DNA of 64,000 bases. Origin: an uncultured delta proteobacterium (lineage in GTDB: Bacteria; Myxococcota; B64-G9). The DNA is taken from assembly GCA_963754925.1 (NCBI GenBank), contig CAVWHX010000005.1:160001-224000 (forward strand). Reading direction: 5' to 3'. The translations under genes were made by a program, and so were the position numbers. Below the pieces are notes generated by a model that made no database searches, was not told the origin of the DNA, and saw nothing but the letters and a program-made list of their open reading frames with translations. The stretch's first letter is position 1; each line of letters opens with the position of its first letter. Shown here piece by piece: positions 41,013-51,520 of the stretch.

Positions 41013-41176
41013 TGTAGGGGCGGACCCTTCCCGATTCCATTGCAGGAAATGCGGATACGTGCGATAGGGTGAAGAGCGGTTAAAATCATTAGAGGTAGCG
41101 GTTGGGCGTCGTCGCCCAACCCGGTTTCGAGAACGCCGGTGTGAAGTCATCGAAGGGATGCCGCGCGGAGAAGACG

Positions 41177-43558
41177 ATGAACAAACAATACGATGCGACG
41201 GAGTGCGAGGCGCCTTCGGTTGGCGGCGTTGCGGCCTGGCTGATACGCAGCGCTCAAGCTATGGCTGCGGTGGTAGCCTTGGTCGGCCTGGGGCATTTGA
41301 TTGCCTGGGAGAGCGGCTCCCTGGCCGACCTGGGCGTCGGCATCGTTGTCATGAAAACCAATACGGCGCTGTGCCTGCTGCTGCTGGGCTGGTCGCTGCT
41401 GCTGCAAATTCCAACCCGACCTCGACCGTGGCGGCGCGGGGCGGCGCTGGCCTTGGCCGCCGTGCCGATGGTCATCGGGCTTCTGTCTTTGAGCGAGAAC
41501 ATAGTTGGCTGGGACCTGGGCATCGACCAGGTGCTGGCCCACGAGACGCTGGGAGCGCTTGGGGTCGCCGGCCCCAATCTCATGGGTACGCCGGCCTCGG
41601 TTAGTTTCTTTTTTGCGGGACTGGCACTATTGCTTCTCGGCCGCAGGGACAAGCGGGGATTGTGGGTGGCGCAGGGACTGGCGCTTGCTATCTGCCTCAT
41701 CGCGCTTCTGGGGACCATTGGATTTTTATATGATGCAAAAGTTCTTTATGAGACCAAACGCCTGACCGGAATCGCGTGGCCGACCGCCGTGTCGCTGCTG
41801 ATGCTGGGCTTAAGCCTGCTTCTCGGCCGGCCGACGGAAGGCATCATGGCGCAGGTGACGGCCGATGACCCCGGCGGGGCCAGCCTGCGCCGCCTGCTCC
41901 CGATCTTGTTGTTGCCGGTTGTTTTCGGCTGGGTTCGGCTCGTTGGCGAGCGGCGTGCGTGGTTTGATGCGCCCACGGGCACGGCGTTGATGATGATTAT
42001 TTTCATCGTTTCCCTGGCTCTCATGGCGTACGCGGCCGGACGGCGGGCCAGCCGAGCGTCGGCATCCTTGGGCGAGCAGCGGGAGTGGCTGCGCGTGACG
42101 CTCTCGAGCATCGGCGACGCGGTATTGGCGACCGATACCGCAGGCAGAATCACCTTCTTCAATCCGGTGGCCGAAAAGCTGATGGGGTGGAGCGGGCCTG
42201 ATGCCATAGGCCGACCCGTCGGGGAGATCCTGCACCTTATCAACGAAAAGACGCGTCAGCCGGCCAATGACATCGTCGGCAGCGTCCTGCGGGAAGGTCG
42301 GACCGTCGCCATGGCCAATCATACCGCGATTCTGACCCGCGAGGGACGCGAGATTCCCATCGAGGACAGCGCCGCCCCGATCCGGAACGCGGCCGGCTTG
42401 GTCGCGGGCGTGGTGCTGGTATTTCATGACGTGACGCAGAAACGATGCGCTCAGGAGGCCTTACGTCAGTCGGAAGAGCGACTCCGTCGAGCACAGGAGA
42501 TCGCTCGCCTCGGCAGTTGGGAACTCGACATCGAGAGCAACCGACTGATCTGGTCGGACGAGGTGTACCGGATCTTCGGCTTCGAGCCTCAGGAGTTCAG
42601 CGCCACCTATGAAGCCTTCCTCGACGCCGTGCATCCCGACGATCGCGCGGTCGTGGATTCGGCCTACACCGGATCGGTACGCGAGGGGAACGACCGTTAC
42701 GAGATCGAACACCGCGTCATCCGAAGGCGGACCGGCGAGGTTCTGGTCGTCCACGAGAAATGCGAGCACCGCCGGGACGTCGGCGGCCGCATCGTGAAGT
42801 CGATCGGCATGGTGCAGGACATCACCGAGCGCAAGCAGGCCGAGGCGGCGCGCGAGCAGCTCATGAATGAGCTCGAAATCAAAAACCGCGAGCTCGAAGA
42901 GTTCGCCCACGCGGTCTCACACGACCTCAAGGCGCCGCTGCGGGCGGTTACGAGCCTTTCGGACCTTTTGGTGACCGACTATTCTTCCGCGCTTGAAGCG
43001 GAAGGTCAGGAGACGCTCCGCCTGCTCAAGAGTCGCGTCCAGCGCATGTACCATCTCATCGAAGGAGTCCTCGAGTATTCGCGGCTGGGCAGGGTCGAAG
43101 CGGCGCAGACCTGCACGGACTTGCGCGAGGTCGTCGAGTGCGCCGTTGACCTGGTCGCGCCGCCGGACGGCATCGAAGTAATCGTGCAGAGTGGGCTTCC
43201 GACGATAGTCTGCGATCCGATGCGGATGCAGCAGGTCTTCCAGAATCTCATCGGCAACGCGGTCAAGCATATGGAAAAACCTACGGGCGAGGTCAGCATC
43301 GGGTGTGTGTCAGAAAACGGCGGCTTCAGTTTTTTCGTACGGGACAACGGTCCGGGCATAGACGAGCAGCATCACGAACGGATTTTCAAGATGTTCCAGA
43401 CGCTCAAGTCCAAGGACGAGACCGACGGCACGGGGATAGGGCTTTCGATCGTGCGGCGGATAGTGGAAAGCGTCGGCGGACGGGTTTGGGTCGAAAGCGC
43501 CCTCGGCCAAGGCAGCACGTTTTACTTCACTATCCCACAAGAAAAAGCCGCAACGTAG
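41177..43558 (+). CDS. Membrane PAS-PAS sensor histidine kinase
   Basis: Multiple TMs, two PAS/PAC domains, VSHDLKAPL H-box, NLIGNA, DNGPGI, GTGIGL. Confidence 0.92.
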   Translation: MNKQYDATECEAPSVGGVAAWLIRSAQAMAAVVALVGLGHLIAWESGSLADLGVGIVVMKTNTALCLLLLGWSLLLQIPTRPRPWRRGAALALAAVPMVIGLLSLSENIVGWDLGIDQVLAHETLGALGVAGPNLMGTPASVSFFFAGLALLLLGRRDKRGLWVAQGLALAICLIALLGTIGFLYDAKVLYETKRLTGIAWPTAVSLLMLGLSLLLGRPTEGIMAQVTADDPGGASLRRLLPILLLPVVFGWVRLVGERRAWFDAPTGTALMMIIFIVSLALMAYAAGRRASRASASLGEQREWLRVTLSSIGDAVLATDTAGRITFFNPVAEKLMGWSGPDAIGRPVGEILHLINEKTRQPANDIVGSVLREGRTVAMANHTAILTREGREIPIEDSAAPIRNAAGLVAGVVLVFHDVTQKRCAQEALRQSEERLRRAQEIARLGSWELDIESNRLIWSDEVYRIFGFEPQEFSATYEAFLDAVHPDDRAVVDSAYTGSVREGNDRYEIEHRVIRRRTGEVLVVHEKCEHRRDVGGRIVKSIGMVQDITERKQAEAAREQLMNELEIKNRELEEFAHAVSHDLKAPLRAVTSLSDLLVTDYSSALEAEGQETLRLLKSRVQRMYHLIEGVLEYSRLGRVEAAQTCTDLREVVECAVDLVAPPDGIEVIVQSGLPTIVCDPMRMQQVFQNLIGNAVKHMEKPTGEVSIGCVSENGGFSFFVRDNGPGIDEQHHERIFKMFQTLKSKDETDGTGIGLSIVRRIVESVGGRVWVESALGQGSTFYFTIPQEKAAT

Positions 43559-43589
43559 GGGGGAACCTGGCGCGCACGTAGGTGCTATC

Positions 43590-44537
43590 CTACGGCGTCG
43601 AAAAATGGCCCTGAAAAACCATCCAGTCGGTGCCGAAACGACCATCCCGCATCACTACCCACACGTAAGTATCGTTTTCCTGATCGGGTGTGAGACTTTC
43701 GGGAATAGACCAGGTGTTCTCAACCAAATTCACGTTCTGGTTGTTCGTCGCTGAAGCTGAAATAGTATGAGTCTGGTTGAAATCACCGATAGTTGAGAAC
43801 CAGCTAAAAACAAACTCCTCTGTTTGGGGGGTTGTTTCTCCAGCGGGAATGAAGGTTTCGCGCGAACTCTCATCAATCACCGGGTTGAGATTGATTTTTT
43901 GGCCCAGCGTAAAATCGATGTTATCCGTAACACCATTAAGGCCGGTCAGCACCGGATTATGGTTAAAGGTGCTTTCATCGGGTGTAGACGTCGCCGGATA
44001 AAGATGTACCGGGAGTCGCTTGACGGCACGAACCTCATCGTTGTCAGCGGTGACCAGAAATCCAATCCAAATATCAACATCCTGGGCAACCGTTGGATCG
44101 ATACCATAGGTGCTAAGGTTTTGTGGGGTGAGCCACGCTGTTAGGTCGGACGGCGTAAGTTGAGAGGTGCATTCAACCGACGGCGTTTGAGGTATGCATT
44201 GTCCCGAACCCGAAGCCAACGAAAGGCTGTTTGCGCCCGGGCAATCAATGCTGGATGCCGCATCGCTAATCGCCGTCAGGCATACTCCCCAGGTTGGGGT
44301 AAGCGTCCGGCCGACGACGGAGTCGGCGACCAGCGCCGTCAAGGTTAGGGAATTATCTATGGTCAGGTCGGTCAGATTAACGGAGGCATCGGCGACACCG
44401 CCGGCATCGCCTGCACGGATACCAAGCACCCGCAGGCGCTCGACTAATGTCGGCGGCGAAAACGGGCTCCCGCACCCAGTCACCACCCATAACAACGATA
44501 GCAACGACCATGACACTAGCAACCGATAGGCTCGCAT
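43590..44537 (-). CDS. Lipoprotein associated with TonB-dependent receptor
   Basis: Lipobox VTGC; LRVLGIRA, NHNPVL, FSWFST.G, VMRDGR.G. Confidence 0.7.
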   Translation of the reverse strand: MRAYRLLVSWSLLSLLWVVTGCGSPFSPPTLVERLRVLGIRAGDAGGVADASVNLTDLTIDNSLTLTALVADSVVGRTLTPTWGVCLTAISDAASSIDCPGANSLSLASGSGQCIPQTPSVECTSQLTPSDLTAWLTPQNLSTYGIDPTVAQDVDIWIGFLVTADNDEVRAVKRLPVHLYPATSTPDESTFNHNPVLTGLNGVTDNIDFTLGQKINLNPVIDESSRETFIPAGETTPQTEEFVFSWFSTIGDFNQTHTISASATNNQNVNLVENTWSIPESLTPDQENDTYVWVVMRDGRFGTDWMVFQGHFSTP

Positions 44538-44539
44538 GA

Positions 44540-46897
44540 CTAAAACCACGCCTTTATGCCGACCGACGGTATGATCGGCAGGCCCTGCGTATACGCTCGT
44601 TGGGTGTAATCGTAATTGTACAGCACCCCCACGGGGGGGCGATAATTATATACGTTTTGAATGTCCAAATAAACGCTCAACGCCCAGCGAAGGAAGGCCC
44701 AGGTGTAATCGACGCGAAGGTCAAGACGGTGGTACAGCGGCAGGCGCTCGGCGTTGATGCCGCCGGGAGTGGGAATGTAGATGTCATAGTCGGCATCGTA
44801 GGTGCCGCCATGCATGTAGGTGGTGGGATTGCCGCTGGCCAGTTGAAAGCGCAGGCCAAACTCCCAACCGCGGTTTTGCCCATGCGTTGGTATCACCGGC
44901 CCGGTAGGGAGCCGGTAACCCGCCACCAACGTGAGAATATGCGTTTGGTCGAAACTAGAAAGGCGCCAGGGTTGGCCCGGTCCGTCCTTGACTTCGCTGC
45001 GCATCAGGGTATACGCCAGCCAGCCGAAGATCCCGTCGTGCAACTCGCGCCGGATCATTAACGACATGCCGATGATCGTTCCTATCCCGCTGTTGTTGTA
45101 AACTATCTGTGGATCGGTAAGGCTGTTCGCCGAGACCACCAAGTGATCGAGTGATTTGTAGAAGCCGTTGAGGTCAACGCTGAAAAACCAGGGCAGCTCT
45201 TGTTGAAGCCGGATGAGGTAGTGGAAGGCCCGCTCCATTTCAAGCGTGGGGGTGCCATACTCTTTCGAGGTCTCATCCAACGTGGGAGGCTCATAGTATA
45301 TTCCAAAAGCCGCCGACAACGTGGTTCCCGGACGGACCTCCTGCTTGAAGCTCAGGCGCGGCATCACGGCGGCGCGGCCGACCGATTGACTATTGGTTCC
45401 TTCCGCCCGCACTCCGGCGGTCAGCGTACCATCCTTCCAGGGCTTGTATACGCCGTTCACATACAACGCTCCCGAGACCCCGGTACGGTATTCCTTTCCG
45501 ACGACCAGCGGCCAGGTCTCGAAATTGACCGGCAACTCGCCTTCCTTCGGCGGGCGCGGAAAACTATTGGAAAGATCGTAGTACCATCCTACAAAATTGC
45601 CACCGGTGACCAGGCGAAAACGTTCGATGGGTTGCCATTCGATGTCTATCCGACCCCGCAGCATCGGCTCCGCGATTCGTATATACCGGTCGGTGCCCAC
45701 ATTGAAGTCATAGCCGTCCCAACCGGCGACCAGGGAAGCGCGTAGTTGCCATGAGGTCTTCGGGGAGTAGTCCCACCCGAGTTGTAAACGATAGAACTGC
45801 GTTGCGTTCTGAAAAATCCCGGTCAGGGTGGGATCGGCAGTGAGGGCTCGATCGACCACGAGTTTCAACTCGTCGCTCGATCCGTACGCAAATAGCGACA
45901 GCCGATTCTTGGGCGACGGGCGCCATTCAACTTTCAGTTGATAATCGTAGTACACCGGCAGCACCGTCAACGAGATGCCGTTCATGTGAGGCAAGACCTT
46001 GCCGAGCCATAAATCAACCGTGCTGCGTCTGGCCGCCGCGAAAAAACCGACGTCATCTGACAGCGAGCCTTCGAGAAAAAAGCCGGCATCGATCAGGCTC
46101 GCATTGACATATCCATGGATCCCCTTTTTGGTGCAGGGTTTGGTGGTGACATCGACGATCCCGCCGATGGCCTCCCCAAACTCGGACGAAAAAGCGGCCG
46201 GGAGAAAATCAATACGTTGCAGCATGTCGGCATTAAGCACCGAGGTCACACCATAGAAATGATACAACAGCGGCACCGGGTGTCCGTCGATCAGCACCTG
46301 GCTGTCTTCGGGAGCGGCCCCCAAGATCACCAGTCCGACACCCAATCCAGTACTCATAGGACTCAGTTGGGGCCCGACTCCCGGCAAGCTCTGAATGATC
46401 GATCCAATGTCGCCGCGCGCCCCGGGGATTTTTTTGACCTCGTCGAGCTGCAAGACCGTATCGGAAACCTCTTCCTGGAGGCGTTTGGAGCGGATGACGA
46501 CTTCTTCCTCCTCCTGTTGGCCGAGCGGATCGAGGGCGTAGCGCACTGAGGACGTTTGTCCAGCCTCCACCGTCACGGTAGAAAAAAACGGCACATGCTC
46601 GCCGTCGAGAATTCGCAAATTATGTAGCCCGGGCGCGACAGCGGTGAAATTAAATTGTCCCTGTTCGTTGGTGGCCGCCGTTTGATCCGGATGGTCGAGC
46701 TCGATTACCGCTCCTATGACTGGTTTGGCCGAAACCTTATCCACCAGGGTGCCGACGATTGCGCCTGTTTCTTCTGCCGCCTGGACGGGATTCGAAAAAA
46801 CAACCAAATACCATAGCGCCCACAGGGTGCCGGCAAGAGCTGATTTCAATCGAACGTTGCTTATGAGCGAATCGTTTGTGTTGTTGTGCTGCGTCAC
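44540..46897 (-). CDS. TonB-dependent receptor with carboxypeptidase-regulatory-like N-terminal domain
   Basis: Plug region (IQSLPGV, LIDGHPVPLLYHF), RLDLRVD, YLDIQNVYN, terminal Phe. Confidence 0.88.
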   Translation of the reverse strand: MTQHNNTNDSLISNVRLKSALAGTLWALWYLVVFSNPVQAAEETGAIVGTLVDKVSAKPVIGAVIELDHPDQTAATNEQGQFNFTAVAPGLHNLRILDGEHVPFFSTVTVEAGQTSSVRYALDPLGQQEEEEVVIRSKRLQEEVSDTVLQLDEVKKIPGARGDIGSIIQSLPGVGPQLSPMSTGLGVGLVILGAAPEDSQVLIDGHPVPLLYHFYGVTSVLNADMLQRIDFLPAAFSSEFGEAIGGIVDVTTKPCTKKGIHGYVNASLIDAGFFLEGSLSDDVGFFAAARRSTVDLWLGKVLPHMNGISLTVLPVYYDYQLKVEWRPSPKNRLSLFAYGSSDELKLVVDRALTADPTLTGIFQNATQFYRLQLGWDYSPKTSWQLRASLVAGWDGYDFNVGTDRYIRIAEPMLRGRIDIEWQPIERFRLVTGGNFVGWYYDLSNSFPRPPKEGELPVNFETWPLVVGKEYRTGVSGALYVNGVYKPWKDGTLTAGVRAEGTNSQSVGRAAVMPRLSFKQEVRPGTTLSAAFGIYYEPPTLDETSKEYGTPTLEMERAFHYLIRLQQELPWFFSVDLNGFYKSLDHLVVSANSLTDPQIVYNNSGIGTIIGMSLMIRRELHDGIFGWLAYTLMRSEVKDGPGQPWRLSSFDQTHILTLVAGYRLPTGPVIPTHGQNRGWEFGLRFQLASGNPTTYMHGGTYDADYDIYIPTPGGINAERLPLYHRLDLRVDYTWAFLRWALSVYLDIQNVYNYRPPVGVLYNYDYTQRAYTQGLPIIPSVGIKAWF

Positions 46898-47117
46898 TCG
46901 GTCCTCGTGAAGATTGCCACATCTCGACCGTTGTCAGTACCTACTAAGAGGGGGAGTCTACCGGTCCAGGAATCGGATTGCAACTTGCTTGATCACGATT
47001 CACGACCGTCGTGAAGCTGAATGTGATTTTTGATTTCGAATTGGATTTTTCAAATCTTCTTTGTAGGGCGGTGAGTACCCCGTGGAGATTCCCAGGCGGT
47101 CGGTCTCGGGTCCGACC

Positions 47118-47891
47118 TCAGACGGGAAGGGTGATGGTGCCCGGGTGAAGAAGCTCGCCCGAGGGAAAGCGATGCAGACTGAAGGTACGTTCTGACAGCT
47201 TGAGATAGCTGCCCCCCACAACCGCCTGGCCGGGGTTCGCCAGAACGCCGCCGCTCGGGAGACGTTCAAGCAGCGGCAGGTGCGTGTGGGCGTACACCAC
47301 CGCGTCAACCCGGTGACGCCGCAACTCGCGAAGCGCCGTGCGGCGGGCCCAGCGCGCCTCGTGCGCTCGTCCGAACCAGGTACGTTTTCGGCTTCGCTGT
47401 GCGAAAGCCAACCCAAAGCGAAACAACCATTCTTGGGGCAGGACGCTGTCTCGCAACCAGCGCACGGGCGCATTCTGAAGGCATCGGCGCAAGAGTCTGG
47501 TTCCGAGGTCGAACGGGTTCGCGCGATCGCCATGCGCCAGTCTCAGCGTGAGCCCTTGCACCCGGGTGTTGATGGGGCCGGGATGAATCCACCACTGCGC
47601 GAGCTCCGGGATATCGCTGGAGAGATCGTAGTCGTGGTTGCCTTCAAGAAAATGGAATGGAGCTAACGACGCCAGCCGTTGGAGCACCGGCCGATAGGCG
47701 GCCTCGGCGGCGCGGTTGCGCCCCGAGAAAAACTCAAATAGGTCGCCGAGGATCACCACGGAACCGGGAATCGGCTCGATGTCATTTAGAAACTCCAATA
47801 GCGCCTGTTGGTTGGGGTCCTGACGGCCATTGAGGTGGGCGTCGGCGAGAAATATCGCCGACTGTGGAGCAGCGCGGACGAAATCATTCAT
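47118..47891 (-). CDS. lpxH: UDP-2,3-diacylglucosamine hydrolase-like metallophosphoesterase
   Basis: ADAHL, LGDLFE, EGNHD, AHGD, AHTH. Confidence 0.75.
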   Translation of the reverse strand: MNDFVRAAPQSAIFLADAHLNGRQDPNQQALLEFLNDIEPIPGSVVILGDLFEFFSGRNRAAEAAYRPVLQRLASLAPFHFLEGNHDYDLSSDIPELAQWWIHPGPINTRVQGLTLRLAHGDRANPFDLGTRLLRRCLQNAPVRWLRDSVLPQEWLFRFGLAFAQRSRKRTWFGRAHEARWARRTALRELRRHRVDAVVYAHTHLPLLERLPSGGVLANPGQAVVGGSYLKLSERTFSLHRFPSGELLHPGTITLPV

Positions 47892-48499
47892 GGGCGGGTC
47901 CTGACATAGGCGATGCGCTGAATCGGGATTCCTTGTTGCAGGCAACGCGCTTCACGGTGGGAGGTGATTCCGCACATCCACTCGCGCTTGACCATATCGC
48001 CGTCGACCAATCGGAAGTTTTCGTTTTCTCCAAAGACGACTTGATTCTCGGCAATCAGATCGGGAACATCCGACTGAATAAAGACCCAGCCTCCCGGTTT
48101 GAGCAGGCGCTGCAGCAACCCAACGAACGCCGGATGGATCAGCCGGCGTTTATGGTGCCGCTTCTTCCACCACGGGTCCGGGTGATGGATAGTAAAGGCG
48201 TTGACGCTGCCGGCGCCAAAAAGGACGGGTAGATCCTCAGAGACATCGCAGCGCAGGGCGCGCAGATTGGCAATATCTTTCGCATGACCCTGAGCGCGTA
48301 GCCCGGTTATCCACTTGCGTCGGGAATCAAGCGCCACCACATTCACCTGGGGACAGCAGAGCGCACGCGCCAACGCATACTGACCGCGACCGCAGCCCAG
48401 GTCGACCTCCAATGGCGCCTCCCGGCCGAAGGCGATTTCCCAGTGGGGCGGAACGGGCTCGACATTGCGGAGCATAGCCTGTCTGCGAAGGGGTATCAT
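47888..48499 (-). CDS. trmB: tRNA (guanine-N7)-methyltransferase
   Basis: VDLGCGRG, HPDPWWKKRHHKRR, QSDV. Confidence 0.88.
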   Translation of the reverse strand: MIPLRRQAMLRNVEPVPPHWEIAFGREAPLEVDLGCGRGQYALARALCCPQVNVVALDSRRKWITGLRAQGHAKDIANLRALRCDVSEDLPVLFGAGSVNAFTIHHPDPWWKKRHHKRRLIHPAFVGLLQRLLKPGGWVFIQSDVPDLIAENQVVFGENENFRLVDGDMVKREWMCGITSHREARCLQQGIPIQRIAYVRTRP

Positions 48500-48597
48500 C
48501 TCATAGCGCCTTCCGATGCCTTATAAAACCCATCGCCTCTTTATTAGGGGAGGTTTAAAAGCTCCTACGACGCGGCTTGCTCGATCGGGGGCACATG

Positions 48598-50166
48598 CTA
48601 ACGTGTTTGGCCGGACCCTGTTTCTGGCACCGCAGACGCCGTTCGACTGAGACGGGCTGTCAGTATCTGGTAGTTGAAGTCGACCACGTTGAAGCGCGGG
48701 CTGCCCTTTTCGGTTTCAACCAGCTCTTCGATTGGCTCGATGGCCTTTCTGGATTTGAGTTTGTCGAGCGCATAGATAAGCGCAAAACGAACATTTTCGG
48801 ATTCGTCGGCGATGATCTTCAGCAAGGGATCGACCGCTTTTTGGTCGTCTAAGCGGCCGAGTTCATAAACGGCCTTTTCTCGCACCGCCGGAACCGTATC
48901 TGAGAGTTTGGCGATCCAGCAGGTAGCGTTCTGCTTGCACTCGGCATACGCGGTCAGGCGCTTGATGGTGTCCTTGAGCGCCGCCGCGATCTCGGGATCC
49001 CTTTCGATTCTCTCGCGTGCGGTAAGTTGCGGCAGCCACTCATCGGTGCCCAGGTTGCCGATGGCCTCAATAAGGGGGGTTCGGGTGCGGGGTTGCTCGT
49101 TGGAAAAAGATAATCTGAGCAACTCAGGCACGTGCGAGCGATCGCCGATAAGATTAAGAGCGTTGGCGCATATGCTGCGCAGGTCCCACAAGTCTTTATG
49201 AAGATATTTTTGGATCAAGGGCAGTCCGCGTTTATCTCCGAGCGCTCCGAGGGCGACAATAACGCCGCTCATGGCTTGGTTGCGAACGGGTTCAAATTCC
49301 CATTTTTGGATTTTCTCGGACAGTTGGAGCAGATCCCCGACTACGCTGTCATTCCCGATGTCGCCGAGCACTTTGGCGGCCTTGGTTTCCAAGGCGCCGG
49401 GGGTTTGCTCAACCATCGGCATGACATCCTGATTTTCGCCGTTCATAGTTTTGATCAATGGTTCGATGGCCGGATCGCCGATCTTTACCAACGACAACGC
49501 AGCATGAAAGAAATCGCCTGACTTCTCGCGGAACAACGCCTTGATCAGGGTTGGGATAGCCTTCGGATCAGCGATCTCGCCCAGGGCAAAGAGCGCATTG
49601 ATTCTCAGAATTCGATCCGGTTGGCTGGTTGACTCATTGTCGGCCCGGTTAATCAACTCATCGACGGCGTCTTTATATTTTAGTTTGCCCAAGGCCCGTA
49701 TGGCAGCCCGCTGAACCGTCGGCTCCTTGGTGGCGTCCATGAGCCTGAGCAGGGGGGCCCCGGCAGAGAGATCCCCCAGCGCGCCTAAGGCGCTCGCGAT
49801 CTTCTCGTTGGCGCGATTGGTGCGTTTGGCCTTCTTGCTCTCTTTGTTGGAGCCAACGGTAAAGTCGATAGCGTCCAATAACGGCTTGACCGCTGATTTG
49901 GTCTGCCATTTATTAAAAATCTCAGCGATTTTTTCACGCAGCTCGGGTTGCTCGGTCGCGTTCTGAAATGCCTCGACCAAGGCCGGTTCGGCGGCCTTAT
50001 CGCCCAACTGCCTGAGGTTGTCGACGGCGGCTTCAGTCTGTTCGGGGTCCTTGAGAGCTTTGATCCAACAGTCCGAGGCATCGCCAACCTTGCACTTCTT
50101 AGAGCATCCAATGAAGGAGAACGCTACGACCACGATCAAAGCTGCGATCGATCGGCGGCTCATCAA
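48598..50166 (-). CDS. HEAT-repeat lipoprotein
   Basis: Lipobox FIGC; repeated ALG.LGD..A..PL HEAT/PBS units. Confidence 0.85.
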   Translation of the reverse strand: MMSRRSIAALIVVVAFSFIGCSKKCKVGDASDCWIKALKDPEQTEAAVDNLRQLGDKAAEPALVEAFQNATEQPELREKIAEIFNKWQTKSAVKPLLDAIDFTVGSNKESKKAKRTNRANEKIASALGALGDLSAGAPLLRLMDATKEPTVQRAAIRALGKLKYKDAVDELINRADNESTSQPDRILRINALFALGEIADPKAIPTLIKALFREKSGDFFHAALSLVKIGDPAIEPLIKTMNGENQDVMPMVEQTPGALETKAAKVLGDIGNDSVVGDLLQLSEKIQKWEFEPVRNQAMSGVIVALGALGDKRGLPLIQKYLHKDLWDLRSICANALNLIGDRSHVPELLRLSFSNEQPRTRTPLIEAIGNLGTDEWLPQLTARERIERDPEIAAALKDTIKRLTAYAECKQNATCWIAKLSDTVPAVREKAVYELGRLDDQKAVDPLLKIIADESENVRFALIYALDKLKSRKAIEPIEELVETEKGSPRFNVVDFNYQILTARLSRTASAVPETGSGQTR

Positions 50167-50260
50167 AAACCCCCTTTGCGTTGGGACGGTTAACGTTGAA
50201 TCACGCTTTCTTTATTATTATTTACAACCGTAACCCCCTCTGAGTCAACAGGAAAAAATC

Positions 50261-51367
50261 TTGAGAAAATGCCATCCGTATGGTAACAAAAGGATATTCT
50301 ACAGGAGGTATCTGTCATTGCGCTTGGGGTTAGGAAGGTTTGTTGATTGGTGGCCTCAAGGTCTCATTGGAATATGGATAATCTGCTGCGTTGGAATCGC
50401 ACCGGCCGGAGAGGATAGAATAGCTGTCTTGTCCGAAGGCCTGCGTGACCCCTCGAGCTTTAAAGTTCGCCTCAAAGCCGCCATCGTGCTCGGTCGGACG
50501 AACGACGCCCGCGCCGTAGAGCCGCTGTGCGGGGCGCTCAAGGACGAGAACTTTATCGTACGGGGCGCCGCGGCTCGGGCGCTGGGAAATTTAGGGTTGC
50601 CCCTGGCGAGCGCGGCGATAACGCCGTTATTAAAACTGGTAAAAGATGAGGAAGCGTTTGTCGGCAAAGAAGCTCGCCGCGCCTTATCCCGGTTGACCGG
50701 TAACGATACCGTCGAAACGCTTATTTCCCTGCTCGACTCGATTGATCCCGTCGTGCGCGGCACCGTCGTCAACCTCCTGTCGAAGGCGAGCAATCTTGAA
50801 GCGCACCGCGCGTTGGTGCCGCTGCTCGGCGATAGCGACCGGGAGGTGCGCAACGCAACGGCGGAGTCGATCAAAAGCCTCCCGGAACCAGAGATTGAAC
50901 AGATACTATCGTCGGCACTATTACGTACCGATAACCCCCTGATTCAACGAACCGCTATTCATCTGATTGGTGAGCTCAAACGCGCTTCGTGTATCGAGCT
51001 CCTTGGCGATTTGGTGGCGCGTGACGACATCGATCTCGAAGTAAAGGACGACGCCGCGGCGGTTATTTCCGCGATGAAAGACCGGCTGATTATTCCCGAT
51101 CTGGTCGCGCGCTCCAGGGACAACGATCGACAGGTGCGGACTCGCGCCATACATTTACTCGCGTTGCACGGCGGCCAAGTGGCGGTGGATGCTTTGCTTT
51201 CGCTCCTACGCGATCCCGATAGGTATGTTCGTCGTCAAGCGGTCTATGCGTTAGGCGACGCCGGAGACGCGCGCGCGGTTCCAGCCCTTGAGATGTTGCT
51301 GAAGTCCGAGGAAGACCCCCGTTTCAGTGAAGCCATCAAGAGGACGATTCGCAAACTTCGACACTAG
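50261..51367 (+). CDS. HEAT-repeat protein
   Basis: VR..AA..LG repeats; start uncertain. Confidence 0.82.
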   Translation: MRKCHPYGNKRIFYRRYLSLRLGLGRFVDWWPQGLIGIWIICCVGIAPAGEDRIAVLSEGLRDPSSFKVRLKAAIVLGRTNDARAVEPLCGALKDENFIVRGAAARALGNLGLPLASAAITPLLKLVKDEEAFVGKEARRALSRLTGNDTVETLISLLDSIDPVVRGTVVNLLSKASNLEAHRALVPLLGDSDREVRNATAESIKSLPEPEIEQILSSALLRTDNPLIQRTAIHLIGELKRASCIELLGDLVARDDIDLEVKDDAAAVISAMKDRLIIPDLVARSRDNDRQVRTRAIHLLALHGGQVAVDALLSLLRDPDRYVRRQAVYALGDAGDARAVPALEMLLKSEEDPRFSEAIKRTIRKLRH

Positions 51368-51370
51368 ACC

Positions 51371-51450
51371 TGGATTCCTGTGTTAGAGACTGTTAGCGAG
51401 CGAAGCGAGCGTTACAGTCTCTTATCCCTTTAGGGGTCCACGGGAATGAC
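51371..51450. repeat. REP-like element with a nested hairpin, between convergent genes
   Basis: TGGATTCC[..GAGACTGT-20 nt-ACAGTCTC..CCCTTTAGGGG]CACGGGAATGAC. Confidence 0.6.
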
Positions 51451-51520
51451 TGATAGTCTATTATTTTGCGATGACGAATCTTATGACTCGTGCAATACTC
51501 TAGTTCCCTGGGACAAGAAA

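Noticed and set aside
46898..47117. Cobalamin riboswitch upstream of the TonB-dependent receptor
   Set aside because: No B12-box or other conserved cobalamin riboswitch motifs recognisable on the minus strand.
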